A program made the translations under genes and the position numbers. From contig PKQS02000010.1 in the NCBI GenBank assembly GCA_017577945.2, positions 4,456 through 68,455 on the forward strand: 64,000 nt of DNA, given 5' to 3'. This DNA is from Bacillota bacterium (GTDB lineage: Bacteria > Bacillota > Limnochordia > Limnochordales > ZCTH02-B6). Positions within the stretch are counted from its first letter, which is position 1, and each line of letters opens with the position of its first letter. The notes below the pieces were generated by a model. It made no database searches and was not told the origin of the DNA. It saw only the letters and a program-made list of their open reading frames with translations. Of the stretch, positions 1-8,545 are shown piece after piece.

Positions 1-123
1 CGGGCCATGCTGGAAAAGTTCGGCGGCGACTCGCTGAGCGAAATGCGCCGCAGCTACGACGCCTTCGTGGCCGACCTGGCCCGGCGGGGGTTCGTTAATC
101 CCGCAGCGTGGCCTCGCCGATGA
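1..123 (+). CDS. 3' end of an upstream gene (partial, product unknown)
   Basis: Frame 1 is open from the window edge to TGA at 121-123 (...SYDAFVADLARRGFVNPAAWPRR*). Too short for a family call. It would overlap the convergent SBP gene by 29 nt. Confidence 0.2.
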   Translation, partial: RAMLEKFGGDSLSEMRRSYDAFVADLARRGFVNPAAWPRR

Positions 124-1600
124 TGAGCCGGTCCGTCGGGTGCGGCCGCCAGTTCACCAGCCGCGGGCTGTAGGCGTAAATGTCCGCCACGCTCCACAAG
201 TAAATCCCGGCCGGGTCCTCGTACAGCACTTCCTGCAGCTCGTAGAGGACTTCCCGCCGCGCCTGTTCGTCCAGCGTCCGGGCGCTCTGGTCAATGAGGG
301 CGTCGGCGCGCGGATTGGCGTAGCCGCTCAGGAACCCCTGCGAGTGGATGAGCGCCTCCAGGTACGCCTGCGGGTCGCCCGCGCCGCCCCAGCTGGCGCC
401 CAGCAGGTCGCCCGTTTTCCGGTTGACCCAGTTGGAGTTGAACAGCGACACCTCCAGCGGGCGCAAGACGACCTGTACACCCACCTCCGCCAGCTGGCCG
501 GCGATGAGCTGCCCGATTTCCGCAGAGCCCGTGGTCACGTCTAGCGTCAGCGTCAGGCCGTTTCCGTATCCCGCCTCCGCCAGCAGCTGCCGGGCTTTGG
601 CCGGATCATAGGGATACGGCGCCAGGTCGGGCCGCCAGCCGAAGGTGGACGGCGTGAACGGCGTGGCCAGCGGCGACGCGTACCCGCCGAACACGGCCTG
701 GACGATGGCTTCCCGGTTGATCGCGTAGTTCAGCGCCAACCGCACCCGCCGGTCGGCCAGCGGCGAGTCCTCGCGGATACGGAACCAAACCACATAGAAT
801 CGGCCGCTGTCTGCAGGCACCACGTGCAGGCCTGCCCGTTCCGCCAGCGGCACGGCGTCGGGCGACAGCCGCTCGATCAAGTGCAGCCCGCCCGTGCGCA
901 GCTCCGCCAGCCTGGTGGCCCGCTCGGGCACCACCCGAAACAGCACCCTGTCCACCTGCGGCTTTCCTTTCAGCCCGCCGGGGAAGTAATCCGGATTCGC
1001 CTCGAGCAGCACGTGGCTGTCCCGCACCCACTCCACGAACCGGAAGGGGCCCGTCCCCACCGGCCGGCGGCCGAACTCCACGTCGCCCACGCGTTCGATG
1101 TACTCGGGAGGGACCATCGCCAGCCGGGTCAAATTCCACAACAGCGAGCTGTCCGGCTCGTGTAGCCGGATGCGGACGGTGTAGTCGTCGACGATTTCCA
1201 CCTCCCGCACGCTGGCGAAGGCGGCCTGCAACGCCGTTTGCTTCGCGGGATCCTTGGCCCGCTCCAGGGAGAACTTCACCGAGCGGGCGTCGAAGGGTTC
1301 GCCGTTGTGAAAGACGACGTCCCGGCGCAGGACAAACTCGATGGTGGTCTCGTCCAGCACCGTCCACGACTCGGCCAGGAGGGGCACGATGCGGCCGTCG
1401 TAGTCGGCGATGACCAGCGAGTCGAACAGCGCCTCGGCGACGGCGAAGGCCGACGCATGGGCCGCGTAGTGAGGATCCAGATCGCCTGGCTCGTTGCTCA
1501 AGCCGATGATCAGCGTCTTGGGCGCAGCCGCTGCCGATGCGGGCAGCAGCCCCAGCAGCAAGGCAAAAATCACGACCCAGCGACGCAGTTTGTGGTTCAT
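95..1600 (-). CDS. ABC transporter substrate-binding protein, peptide/nickel (family 5, DppA/OppA-like)
   Basis: ORF 95..1975 trimmed to ATG at 1600 (MNHKLRRWVVIFALLLGLLPASAAAAPK, signal-peptide-like) with a GGGGAAGG SD-like run upstream. The body looks like family-5 solute-binding proteins. Confidence 0.85.
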   Translation of the reverse strand: MNHKLRRWVVIFALLLGLLPASAAAAPKTLIIGLSNEPGDLDPHYAAHASAFAVAEALFDSLVIADYDGRIVPLLAESWTVLDETTIEFVLRRDVVFHNGEPFDARSVKFSLERAKDPAKQTALQAAFASVREVEIVDDYTVRIRLHEPDSSLLWNLTRLAMVPPEYIERVGDVEFGRRPVGTGPFRFVEWVRDSHVLLEANPDYFPGGLKGKPQVDRVLFRVVPERATRLAELRTGGLHLIERLSPDAVPLAERAGLHVVPADSGRFYVVWFRIREDSPLADRRVRLALNYAINREAIVQAVFGGYASPLATPFTPSTFGWRPDLAPYPYDPAKARQLLAEAGYGNGLTLTLDVTTGSAEIGQLIAGQLAEVGVQVVLRPLEVSLFNSNWVNRKTGDLLGASWGGAGDPQAYLEALIHSQGFLSGYANPRADALIDQSARTLDEQARREVLYELQEVLYEDPAGIYLWSVADIYAYSPRLVNWRPHPTDRLIIGEATLRD

Positions 1601-1717
1601 GTCTTGCACCTTCCCCTCGCTTCCACTATACCGAATCCGCGACGGTGGGGGAGGAACGTTCGTCCCGGTTCCTCGCCTCGCCGCCCGCGGGCGCGTCGCC
1701 CGAACGGAGGCTTGGCT

Positions 1718-2563
1718 ATGCGCATCGGCACGACCACGATGGTGTTCTGGAACGATCCGGCCTCGGAAGCCGTGCGTAAAATTGCGGACGCCGGCTTCGA
1801 CGCGGCGGAAATCTGGATCGAGCACGTGGACCGGCTCGGCGATGAGAACGAGTACGAGCGGGTGGCCCGGGCCCTGGCGCAGACGGGCCTGGCGGCCACG
1901 GTCCACTGTCCCATCCTGGACCTGAACATCACGTCGCCCAACGCCGGCATCCGCGCCGAGTCGCTGCGCCAGCAAATCCGCGCCTTGCGCAAAGCCCGCG
2001 ACCTAGGCGCGGAGCTGTTCGTGCTGCACCCCGGCCGCGTCGCGACCCAATGGGACGATTTGGACGAACACCGACGGCTGCAGCGGGAGGCGCTGGAGCG
2101 CCTGCTGGAGGAAGCGGACGCCCTCGGGATGCGCATCGGCTTCGAAAATATGGAAGTGCGCAACCCCCTCCACACGGTGAAAACCGCGGACGACATGCTG
2201 CAGGCGCTCGCGCCGTTTTCCCATCCGCTGCTGGGCGTCACCCTGGACATCGCGCATCTGGGCGACCAGCAGCTCTGCGCCGATTTCATCCGCCGCCTCG
2301 GTCCGCGCCTTTTCCACGTCCACGCCAGCGACGCCGCCGACGACGGACGCCCCCACCTGCCGCTGGGCACGGGCGTGCTCGATTTGGCCGAGATCGTCCG
2401 CGAGCTGCGGGCGCAGAACTACCGGGGCCTCTTGTCGCTGGAAGTGGTCATTCCGGGCGGCGACGTCGAGCGGCTGCGGCGCGAGGGCGAAAAAGCGAGG
2501 CAGGCGCTGCGTAGCTCTGCAGCGGGTCCAGAAAATCCCGCAGCGACTCGCCCAACGTGTTGA
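1718..2563 (+). CDS. sugar phosphate isomerase/epimerase family protein (xylose isomerase-like TIM barrel)
   Basis: ATG 1718 is preceded by GGAGG at 1706-1710. MRIGTTTMVFWND..., LFVLHPG and GFENME motifs are typical of AP endonuclease 2 / xylose isomerase-like barrels. The ORF-track start at 1238 is rejected. Confidence 0.8.
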   Translation: MRIGTTTMVFWNDPASEAVRKIADAGFDAAEIWIEHVDRLGDENEYERVARALAQTGLAATVHCPILDLNITSPNAGIRAESLRQQIRALRKARDLGAELFVLHPGRVATQWDDLDEHRRLQREALERLLEEADALGMRIGFENMEVRNPLHTVKTADDMLQALAPFSHPLLGVTLDIAHLGDQQLCADFIRRLGPRLFHVHASDAADDGRPHLPLGTGVLDLAEIVRELRAQNYRGLLSLEVVIPGGDVERLRREGEKARQALRSSAAGPENPAATRPTC

Positions 2564-3392
2564 GGCACAGCACCGTGATTACCAGCGCCAGGCCGGGGAA
2601 GACCGTAATCCACCAGGCGATTTCCACGTAGTCTCGCCCTTCGGCGATGATGCCGCCCCACGTCGGCTCGGGCGGCGGCACGCCCAGGCCGAGGAAGCTG
2701 AGGGCGGCTTCGTACAGGATCACCTGCGGCACGTACAGCGTCATGGTGACGATGACCGACGGGAGCACGTTGGGCAGCACGTGGCGCAAGAGGACGTGCC
2801 ACGTGGATCCGCCCAGGGCCCGCGCCGCTTCGATGTACGGCCGTTCACGCACGGCCGCGACTTCGCCGCGCACGATGCGGTAATAGTAGACCCACGAACC
2901 GAGGCCGACGACGAGGATCAAGTTGGCCTTGGACGGTCCGAGCACGGCCACCAGCGCCAAGATGAGCACGATGAAAGGCAGCGTCTGCTGGATGTCGGCC
3001 AGGCGCCCCAGCAGCAAGTCGACGGCGCCTTGCTTGTAGCCGGCCAGAAGTCCCAGCAGGACGCCGACGGCGCCGCCAAGCAGCACCGACAGCACGCCCA
3101 CGGTCAGCGACGTGCGCGCCCCGTAAAGAATGCGGCTCAGCAGATCTCGCCCCAGCGCGTCGGTGCCGAGCAGGTGCTCGGCGCTGCCTCCTTCCATCCA
3201 AAACGGCGGCCGCAGGCGCAGGAAGATATTTTGCCGGAGCGGGTCGTGGGGACTCACGAGGGGCGCGAACACGGCGGCCGCCGCCATGGCCAGCAGCACC
3301 GCCGCGGACACGTACAACAGCAGCCGCTGGCGCCGCCGCGTGCGCCGCACTTCCGCCTCCAGCTGCGCCAATTCGCCGTTGCGGTCGCTCAT
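2448..3392 (-). CDS. ABC transporter permease, DppC/OppC type
   Basis: ATG 3392 (MSDRNGELAQ...) has a GGAGG about 8 nt upstream. The EAA-loop region EAARALGGS and the C-terminal LGESLRDFLDP are typical of peptide ABC permeases. The protein has an unusual ~24 aa tail after LDP. Confidence 0.85.
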   Translation of the reverse strand: MSDRNGELAQLEAEVRRTRRRQRLLLYVSAAVLLAMAAAAVFAPLVSPHDPLRQNIFLRLRPPFWMEGGSAEHLLGTDALGRDLLSRILYGARTSLTVGVLSVLLGGAVGVLLGLLAGYKQGAVDLLLGRLADIQQTLPFIVLILALVAVLGPSKANLILVVGLGSWVYYYRIVRGEVAAVRERPYIEAARALGGSTWHVLLRHVLPNVLPSVIVTMTLYVPQVILYEAALSFLGLGVPPPEPTWGGIIAEGRDYVEIAWWITVFPGLALVITVLCLNTLGESLRDFLDPLQSYAAPASLFRPRAAAARRRRPE

Positions 3393-3508
3393 CGCGCCCC
3401 TCCTTTCTGTTCTCCCGCCAACCCTCTTGCCGCCCCGCGCCCAAGGCCTTATCCTGCCCGAACCGCCGTTACGGCTTGAAGCCGCCGAGTCCTCTCGTTG
3501 CCCCCGCT

Positions 3509-3543
3509 CGGCGCCCCCGCGCTGCTGGTCCGGCGCCCCCGCG
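3509..3543. repeat. 13-nt direct repeat CGGCGCCCCCGCG x2 (period 22) inside the dppB-dppC spacer
   Basis: Exact copies at 3509-3521 and 3531-3543. A second pair, CCTCAGCCG, lies at 3604-3612 and 3639-3647. Confidence 0.8.
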
Positions 3544-3666
3544 CGGCTCGTCTCGCAGTGCGGCCGCGGCACCTCGTCGTCACCTCGGCCGCGCGGCCCC
3601 GCCCCTCAGCCGAGCCGCCCCGCCGCCCCGGCCCGCTGCCTCAGCCGCGCCAGCCCGCCGCAGGTG

Positions 3667-4584
3667 CTATTCATAGCGAATCCGCGGGTCGATCACCGTA
3701 TAGACGACGTCCAGCGCCACGTTGACCGCCACGATGACCGCTGCCTGCACCAAGACGAATGCCTGAATGACCGGCAAGTCCCGGTTGGTGATGGCCTGCA
3801 CCGCGAGCCGGCCCATGCCCGGATATGCGAACACAGTCTCCGCCACCACCGAGCCACCGACGATATGGCCGATCTGCATGGACAGCATGGTGACGAAGGG
3901 AATGAGGGCGTTGCGCAGCGCGTGGCGCAGCACGACGGCGGTCTCCGGCACGCCCTTGCTGCGGGCCGTCCGCACGTAGTCCTGCGCCAGCGACTCCAGC
4001 ACGCTGGAGCGGAGCAGGCGCGTCAAGTTGCCAACAGGACCCGCGGCCACGACGATCGCGGGCAGCACCAGGCTGCGCCACCCCTCGCCGCCCGACACCG
4101 GAAACCAGCCGAGGCGGACGCCGAAGAGGAGAATCAGGAGAATGCCGAGCCAGAAGCCGGGAGTCGCCTGACCAAGCACGGCCGCCAACCGCACGGCGTG
4201 ATCCACCCAGCGGCCCTTATAGACGGCCGCCAGGACGCCCAGCGGGAAGGAGGCGACCACCGACAGCGCCACCGCCGCGGCGCCCAGTTTCAGCGTCGCC
4301 GGCAGCCGCTCGAGCACCAGCGCCATGGCATTCTCGCGGTGCCGCAGCGACAAGCCGAACTCGCCGCGCACGACGTCAGCGATGTAGTCGAGAAACTGCA
4401 CGGCGATGGGGCGGTCGAGGCCCATCTGCCGGCGAAACGATTCAATCTGCTCGGGCGGCGTGCCCAGCGGCAGCAAAGCGACGGCCGGATCGCCCGCCAA
4501 ATGGACGAGGGCGAAGGAAAAGAACGACACGCCCAGCAAGACGAACACGCCGTATGCCATTCGCTTTATCACGAAGCGCCACAC
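3667..4584 (-). CDS. ABC transporter permease, DppB/OppB type
   Basis: GTG start at 4584 with GGGAG 9 nt upstream. The N-terminus MWRFVIKRMAYGVFVLLGVSFFSFALVHLAGDP is the classic DppB/OppB start. Confidence 0.9.
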   Translation of the reverse strand: MWRFVIKRMAYGVFVLLGVSFFSFALVHLAGDPAVALLPLGTPPEQIESFRRQMGLDRPIAVQFLDYIADVVRGEFGLSLRHRENAMALVLERLPATLKLGAAAVALSVVASFPLGVLAAVYKGRWVDHAVRLAAVLGQATPGFWLGILLILLFGVRLGWFPVSGGEGWRSLVLPAIVVAAGPVGNLTRLLRSSVLESLAQDYVRTARSKGVPETAVVLRHALRNALIPFVTMLSMQIGHIVGGSVVAETVFAYPGMGRLAVQAITNRDLPVIQAFVLVQAAVIVAVNVALDVVYTVIDPRIRYE

Positions 4585-4642
4585 GAGCTTTCGCTCCCTG
4601 CTTCACGCCGGCGAACTCTTCTCCCCCGGGTCTGGTTTTCCT

Positions 4643-4675
4643 TTTGTTCACAAGCTGCCGTGAACAAATTTTCAC
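4643..4675. promoter_or_regulatory. operator-like inverted repeats TTTGTTCAC-N8-GTGAACAAA plus GTGAA-N6-TTCAC
   Basis: Perfect 9-bp arms at 4643-4651 and 4660-4668. The middle half-site also pairs with TTCAC at 4671-4675. The element lies in the divergent region between the dppB-type gene and the HAD gene. Confidence 0.5.
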
Positions 4676-4759
4676 GCGCTGGACAGGCCGTCCCCGTGCG
4701 GCGCCTTGATTTGCCGGCGGCGGAGGCCTTAGCATGGTAACCAAGCGGACGAAGGAGTG

Positions 4760-5521
4760 ATGGTGTTGGCACCGCCCGAGATCAAGGCGCTGCTGTTCGA
4801 CCTCGACGGCACCTTGCTCGACATCGATTTCCGCTCGTTTCTCGACGAATACGCCACGACGGTGGCGCAGCGCTTTGCCGACGTGGCGCCCGTCGACGTT
4901 TTCAAGCGCCAGCTGTTCCTATCGACCCGCGCCATGATCTTCAACGACAAGCCGGGCCGGACGACGCTACAAGCGTTCCTCGACGACTTCACCGCCGCCT
5001 TGCCGCTGCCCGATGACGCCGTCTCGCGGTTCGTAGACTACTACCTTACCGAATTTCCCCGCCTGCGCAAGTGGAGCCGGCCCAGCCCCGGCGGCCGCGA
5101 GCTCGTCGAGGCGGCGCTGCGGCGCGGCCTGCTGGTCGTCCTGGCCACCGCCCCGTTCTTCCCGGAAATCGCCGTTCGTGAACGGCTGCGGTGGGCGGGC
5201 TTGGGCGATACACCCTTTCACTTTATCACGTCCTCGGACAAAATGACACGGAGCAAGCCTTTTCCCGAATTCTTCCTGGAGGTCGCGTCGCACATCGGCG
5301 TGGCGCCGGAACACTGCCTGATGGTGGGCGACGAGACGGTCATGGACGGCGCGGCCGTCAAAGCCGGCATGCAGGTGGCGCTGATCGGCCCGGAAAAGCC
5401 CTCGTACAGCGACCCGTGGCTGGACAAGGCCTTGCTGGAGGAAAGCGCGCGGCTGAATCTGCCGCGCTATCCCGACCTGCCGGCGTTGCACCGGGAGCTG
5501 GCCGCTCGCGGCGTGCTCTGA
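4760..5521 (+). CDS. HAD family hydrolase
   Basis: Motif I DLDGTLLD is near the N-terminus, with VGDE..D near the C-terminus. GAAGGAG precedes clustered GTG/ATG/GTG/TTG starts at 4757-4766, so the exact start is ambiguous. Confidence 0.85.
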   Translation: MVLAPPEIKALLFDLDGTLLDIDFRSFLDEYATTVAQRFADVAPVDVFKRQLFLSTRAMIFNDKPGRTTLQAFLDDFTAALPLPDDAVSRFVDYYLTEFPRLRKWSRPSPGGRELVEAALRRGLLVVLATAPFFPEIAVRERLRWAGLGDTPFHFITSSDKMTRSKPFPEFFLEVASHIGVAPEHCLMVGDETVMDGAAVKAGMQVALIGPEKPSYSDPWLDKALLEESARLNLPRYPDLPALHRELAARGVL

Positions 5522-5561
5522 GGGCGGCGTTTCACCCTAAAGAACCGGCAAGGAAAAGAGC

Positions 5562-5595
5562 AAGCGCACGGCCAGCGGGCCGTGCGCTTCTTCTC
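5562..5595. terminator. stem-loop terminator (possibly bidirectional)
   Basis: A 12-bp stem AAGCGCACGGCC / GGCCGTGCGCTT with a 4-nt loop, between the convergent HAD and NlpC/P60-like genes. The T-rich tract is better on the minus strand (GCTCTTTTCC). Confidence 0.6.
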
Positions 5596-5716
5596 CCGTG
5601 GCCAAACGTGGCTGCGTTGCCGTCAACTCCCCTCGGCAAGCAGCACCCGCCGGGCCTCTGTCGCAGATTTCCGCCTGGCTCCAGCCCGGCTTCCGCCCGG
5701 TTTCCATCCCCGGCCA

Positions 5717-6508
5717 CTACATGCCAGCCGGCATCAGAAAGCGGCCGGCTCCCACGATGTTGTTGCGCCAGTAGTCGCCGTCGGTGCGGGCGAAGGTGGC
5801 GATGACGCGCCCTTCCCGCGCCGAAGCCACCACGAAGTCAACGCGCGTGCCGCTGCGCCCCGTGACCACCCCGACGCCCGTCACGTTCACCGAATCGCCG
5901 CCGGCGGTACCGAAGAAAACGAAGTCCCCCGCTCGAATGTCCGCCGGGTCCAGGTGCAGCACGTTGTAATGGTACAGCAGCGAGCTGGTCGCATCGGCGA
6001 GCCACACGGGGTTGTCCCCGGCGGAAGCGGCAAAGCGCACCGACGGGTTCAGCGCCCGCAGAGCGTTGACGACCAAGCCCGACGCGTCGACGCCCAGCCC
6101 GCTCAGGACGTCTTCGATCCGGTCAGCGGCGTCCGCCGCGGTGCCTGTCGGTTGACCTGCGGCCTCGGCCGGCTCGCCGCCGGGCTCGTGGGACTCGGCC
6201 GCCGCCAGCGCCGGCACCGCCTGCTCGTCTTCAGCAGCCTGCGCGGCCGCCGCCAGCAGCTGCTCCACCGTCGTGCGGCCGCCCCAGAGATACGGCATAC
6301 CCTTCCGCAAGGCGCCGCCCGCCCAGTATTCCACCTCCGCATAGGCCAGCGCCGCCTGGGCCACCAGCCGCCCTTCTTCCTCCGTCAGCGGGCGCCGCCC
6401 CGCCGCCTCCTGCGCCCACGCTCCGGGCCCAAACAACGCCGCCGCCAGCGCCGCGACCAGGCCCAGCATCAAGAAGCGTTTCGCCATGCCGCCATCCATG
6501 TGCACCAT
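5717..6508 (-). CDS. secreted NlpC/P60-family homolog with degenerate catalytic triad
   Basis: Signal-peptide-like MAKRFLMLGLVAALAAALFGPGAWA. PYLWGG, GVDASGL (Ala where the catalytic Cys sits) and GDFVFFG motifs are present. Start choices are 6487, 6499 and 6508 (GGAGG 8 nt upstream of 6508). Confidence 0.7.
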   Translation of the reverse strand: MVHMDGGMAKRFLMLGLVAALAAALFGPGAWAQEAAGRRPLTEEEGRLVAQAALAYAEVEYWAGGALRKGMPYLWGGRTTVEQLLAAAAQAAEDEQAVPALAAAESHEPGGEPAEAAGQPTGTAADAADRIEDVLSGLGVDASGLVVNALRALNPSVRFAASAGDNPVWLADATSSLLYHYNVLHLDPADIRAGDFVFFGTAGGDSVNVTGVGVVTGRSGTRVDFVVASAREGRVIATFARTDGDYWRNNIVGAGRFLMPAGM

Positions 6509-6721
6509 CCTTCTCGCCTCCTGCCCGCGCGAATTCCCGGGAACCCAGCCCCGGTCCAGCAAACCCCCGCGCCACCATGTTCGCGCATTTGCGCGCGGTT
6601 GTGCACCCCTTCCACCGGCTGCGCAGGTCCCGCCACCGCGGCGCCGAATATGACGGCAAGCGGCAACGCTGCCGCGGACAGCCGACCCACTACGAGCCAC
6701 GCGAAGGAGCGGCGACCAGCC

Positions 6722-8326
6722 ATGATTCCGTTCGATTACAACTACCCCTACGCCACGTTCCGAACGCCCGTCATGGCCCGGCGCGGCGCGGTGGCGACCA
6801 GCCATCCGCTGGCCGCGCAAGTGGGCTTGCGCATTTTGCAGGAGGGCGGCAACGCGGTGGATGCGGCCGTGGCCACCGCCGCGGCGCTGACGGTGCTGGA
6901 GCCTACGTCCAACGGCATCGGCGGCGACGCCTTCGCCATCGTCTGGGACGGAAAACAGCTGTACGGCCTCAACGCCTCGGGCCGGGCGCCGGCCGCGCTC
7001 ACCCTCGACGTATTCCGCCGCCAAGGCTTGACGGAAGTGCCCGCCGACGGCTGGCTGCCGGTGACGGTCCCGGGCGCCGTGTCGGCTTGGGTGGAGCTGA
7101 CCCGCCGCTTCGGCTCTATGCCGTTGCGGGACTTGCTCGAACCGGCCGCCCGCTACGCGGAGGAAGGCCATCCCGTTCCCCCCGTCATCGCCTCGTACTG
7201 GCGCCGGGCCGAGCGGCGCTTCGGCCACCGCGAGGACTTTGCCCGGACGTTTTTGCCCAACGGCCGCGCCCCCAAGCCCGGCGAACTGTTCCGCTGCCCG
7301 GATCAAGCCCGCACGTTGCGGCTCATCGGCGAATCCGACGGCGAGGCCTTTTACCGCGGGGAGCTGGCGGAGAAGATCGCGGCGTACGCTGAACATACCG
7401 GAGGCTTCTTGACCAAAGACGATTTGGCCGCTCACCGGGCGGAATGGGTCGAGCCCATCCGCACTTCCTACCGGGGGTACGACGTCTGGGAAATCCCGCC
7501 CAACGGGCAAGGCATCGCCGCTCTGCTTGCGCTTAACATTCTGGAGGGCACGCCGGTGGCGGACCTGCCGCATCTGTCTGCGGCGCGGTTGCACCTGATC
7601 ATCGAAGCGCTCAAGCTGGCCTTCGCCGACGCCCACCGCTACGTCGCCGACCCGGCGCTGGCCGACGTGCCCGTGGCGCAGCTGCTTTCGAAAGAGTACG
7701 CCGCCGGGCGCCGGGCCCTCATCTCGCCGGCCCAAGCGCTGAAAGACGTGCAGGCCGGGAGGCCGGATTTGGGCGGCACGGTGTACTTGTGTACGGCCGA
7801 CGCGGAAGGCCGCATGGTCTCGTTCATCCAGTCCAACTACATGGGGTTCGGCTCGGGCGTCGTCGTGCCGGGGACGGGCATCGCCCTGCAAAACCGCGGC
7901 CACTGCTTCACGCTGGAAGAAGGCCATCCCAACCAGCTCGCGCCCGGCAAGCGGCCGTTCCACACCATCATTCCGGCTTTCATCACGAAAGACGGCGCGC
8001 CGCTGGCGGCGTTCGGCGTCATGGGCGGCGACATGCAGCCCCAAGGCCACGTGCATACGGTCCTCGGCATCGTCGACCATCGCCTCAATCCCCAGTCGGT
8101 GTTCGACGCGCCCCGGGTGCGCGTAGCCCCGAATGGCACGGTCCACGTGGAGTCCACCCTGCATCCCGACGTCATCCGGCAGCTGGCGGCCCTGGGCCAT
8201 GACGTGCGGGTCGAAGTGGACTGGAGCATGTTCGGCGGCGGGCAAATGATCTGGCGTGACCCGGATACGGGCGTCTACATCTGCGGCACCGAGCCGCGCA
8301 AAGACGGCGTCGTCGCGGCCTGGTGA
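6722..8326 (+). CDS. ggt: gamma-glutamyltransferase family protein (no signal peptide)
   Basis: ATG 6722 with GAAGGAG upstream. TSHPLAA..., LEPTSNGIGGD and the autoprocessing-site-like GGTVYL, then GFGSG. The ORF-track start at 5582 is rejected. Confidence 0.9.
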   Translation: MIPFDYNYPYATFRTPVMARRGAVATSHPLAAQVGLRILQEGGNAVDAAVATAAALTVLEPTSNGIGGDAFAIVWDGKQLYGLNASGRAPAALTLDVFRRQGLTEVPADGWLPVTVPGAVSAWVELTRRFGSMPLRDLLEPAARYAEEGHPVPPVIASYWRRAERRFGHREDFARTFLPNGRAPKPGELFRCPDQARTLRLIGESDGEAFYRGELAEKIAAYAEHTGGFLTKDDLAAHRAEWVEPIRTSYRGYDVWEIPPNGQGIAALLALNILEGTPVADLPHLSAARLHLIIEALKLAFADAHRYVADPALADVPVAQLLSKEYAAGRRALISPAQALKDVQAGRPDLGGTVYLCTADAEGRMVSFIQSNYMGFGSGVVVPGTGIALQNRGHCFTLEEGHPNQLAPGKRPFHTIIPAFITKDGAPLAAFGVMGGDMQPQGHVHTVLGIVDHRLNPQSVFDAPRVRVAPNGTVHVESTLHPDVIRQLAALGHDVRVEVDWSMFGGGQMIWRDPDTGVYICGTEPRKDGVVAAW

Positions 8327-8545
8327 GCAAACCGCCGCGCCTGCGGATGGCGCGGGCAACCGACGAGCAGGCGCGGCGCTCGGCCGACCAGCCAGGGCGC
8401 ATCAAGCCTTATTCATGTCAAGCCTGGTTTGTTTCGATTCGTATTCGCGGCGCCGCCGGCGCCGAGATATTCGGAAGGATTTCGGCTAGTCGGTCAGAAT
8501 AGGAAAAGGGTGTAAATTAGACCCTCAACGCAGGGGGCTGGCACG

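Noticed and set aside
5582-8359. Two very long overlapping ORFs on opposite strands (914 aa plus-strand, 880 aa minus-strand).
   Set aside because: Only the 3' 534 codons of the plus ORF (GGT family) and the last ~260 codons of the minus ORF (NlpC/P60-like) have family motifs, SDs and sensible N-termini. The remainder is Arg/Ala/Gly/Pro-rich low-complexity translation, typical of stop-poor antisense frames in GC-rich DNA.
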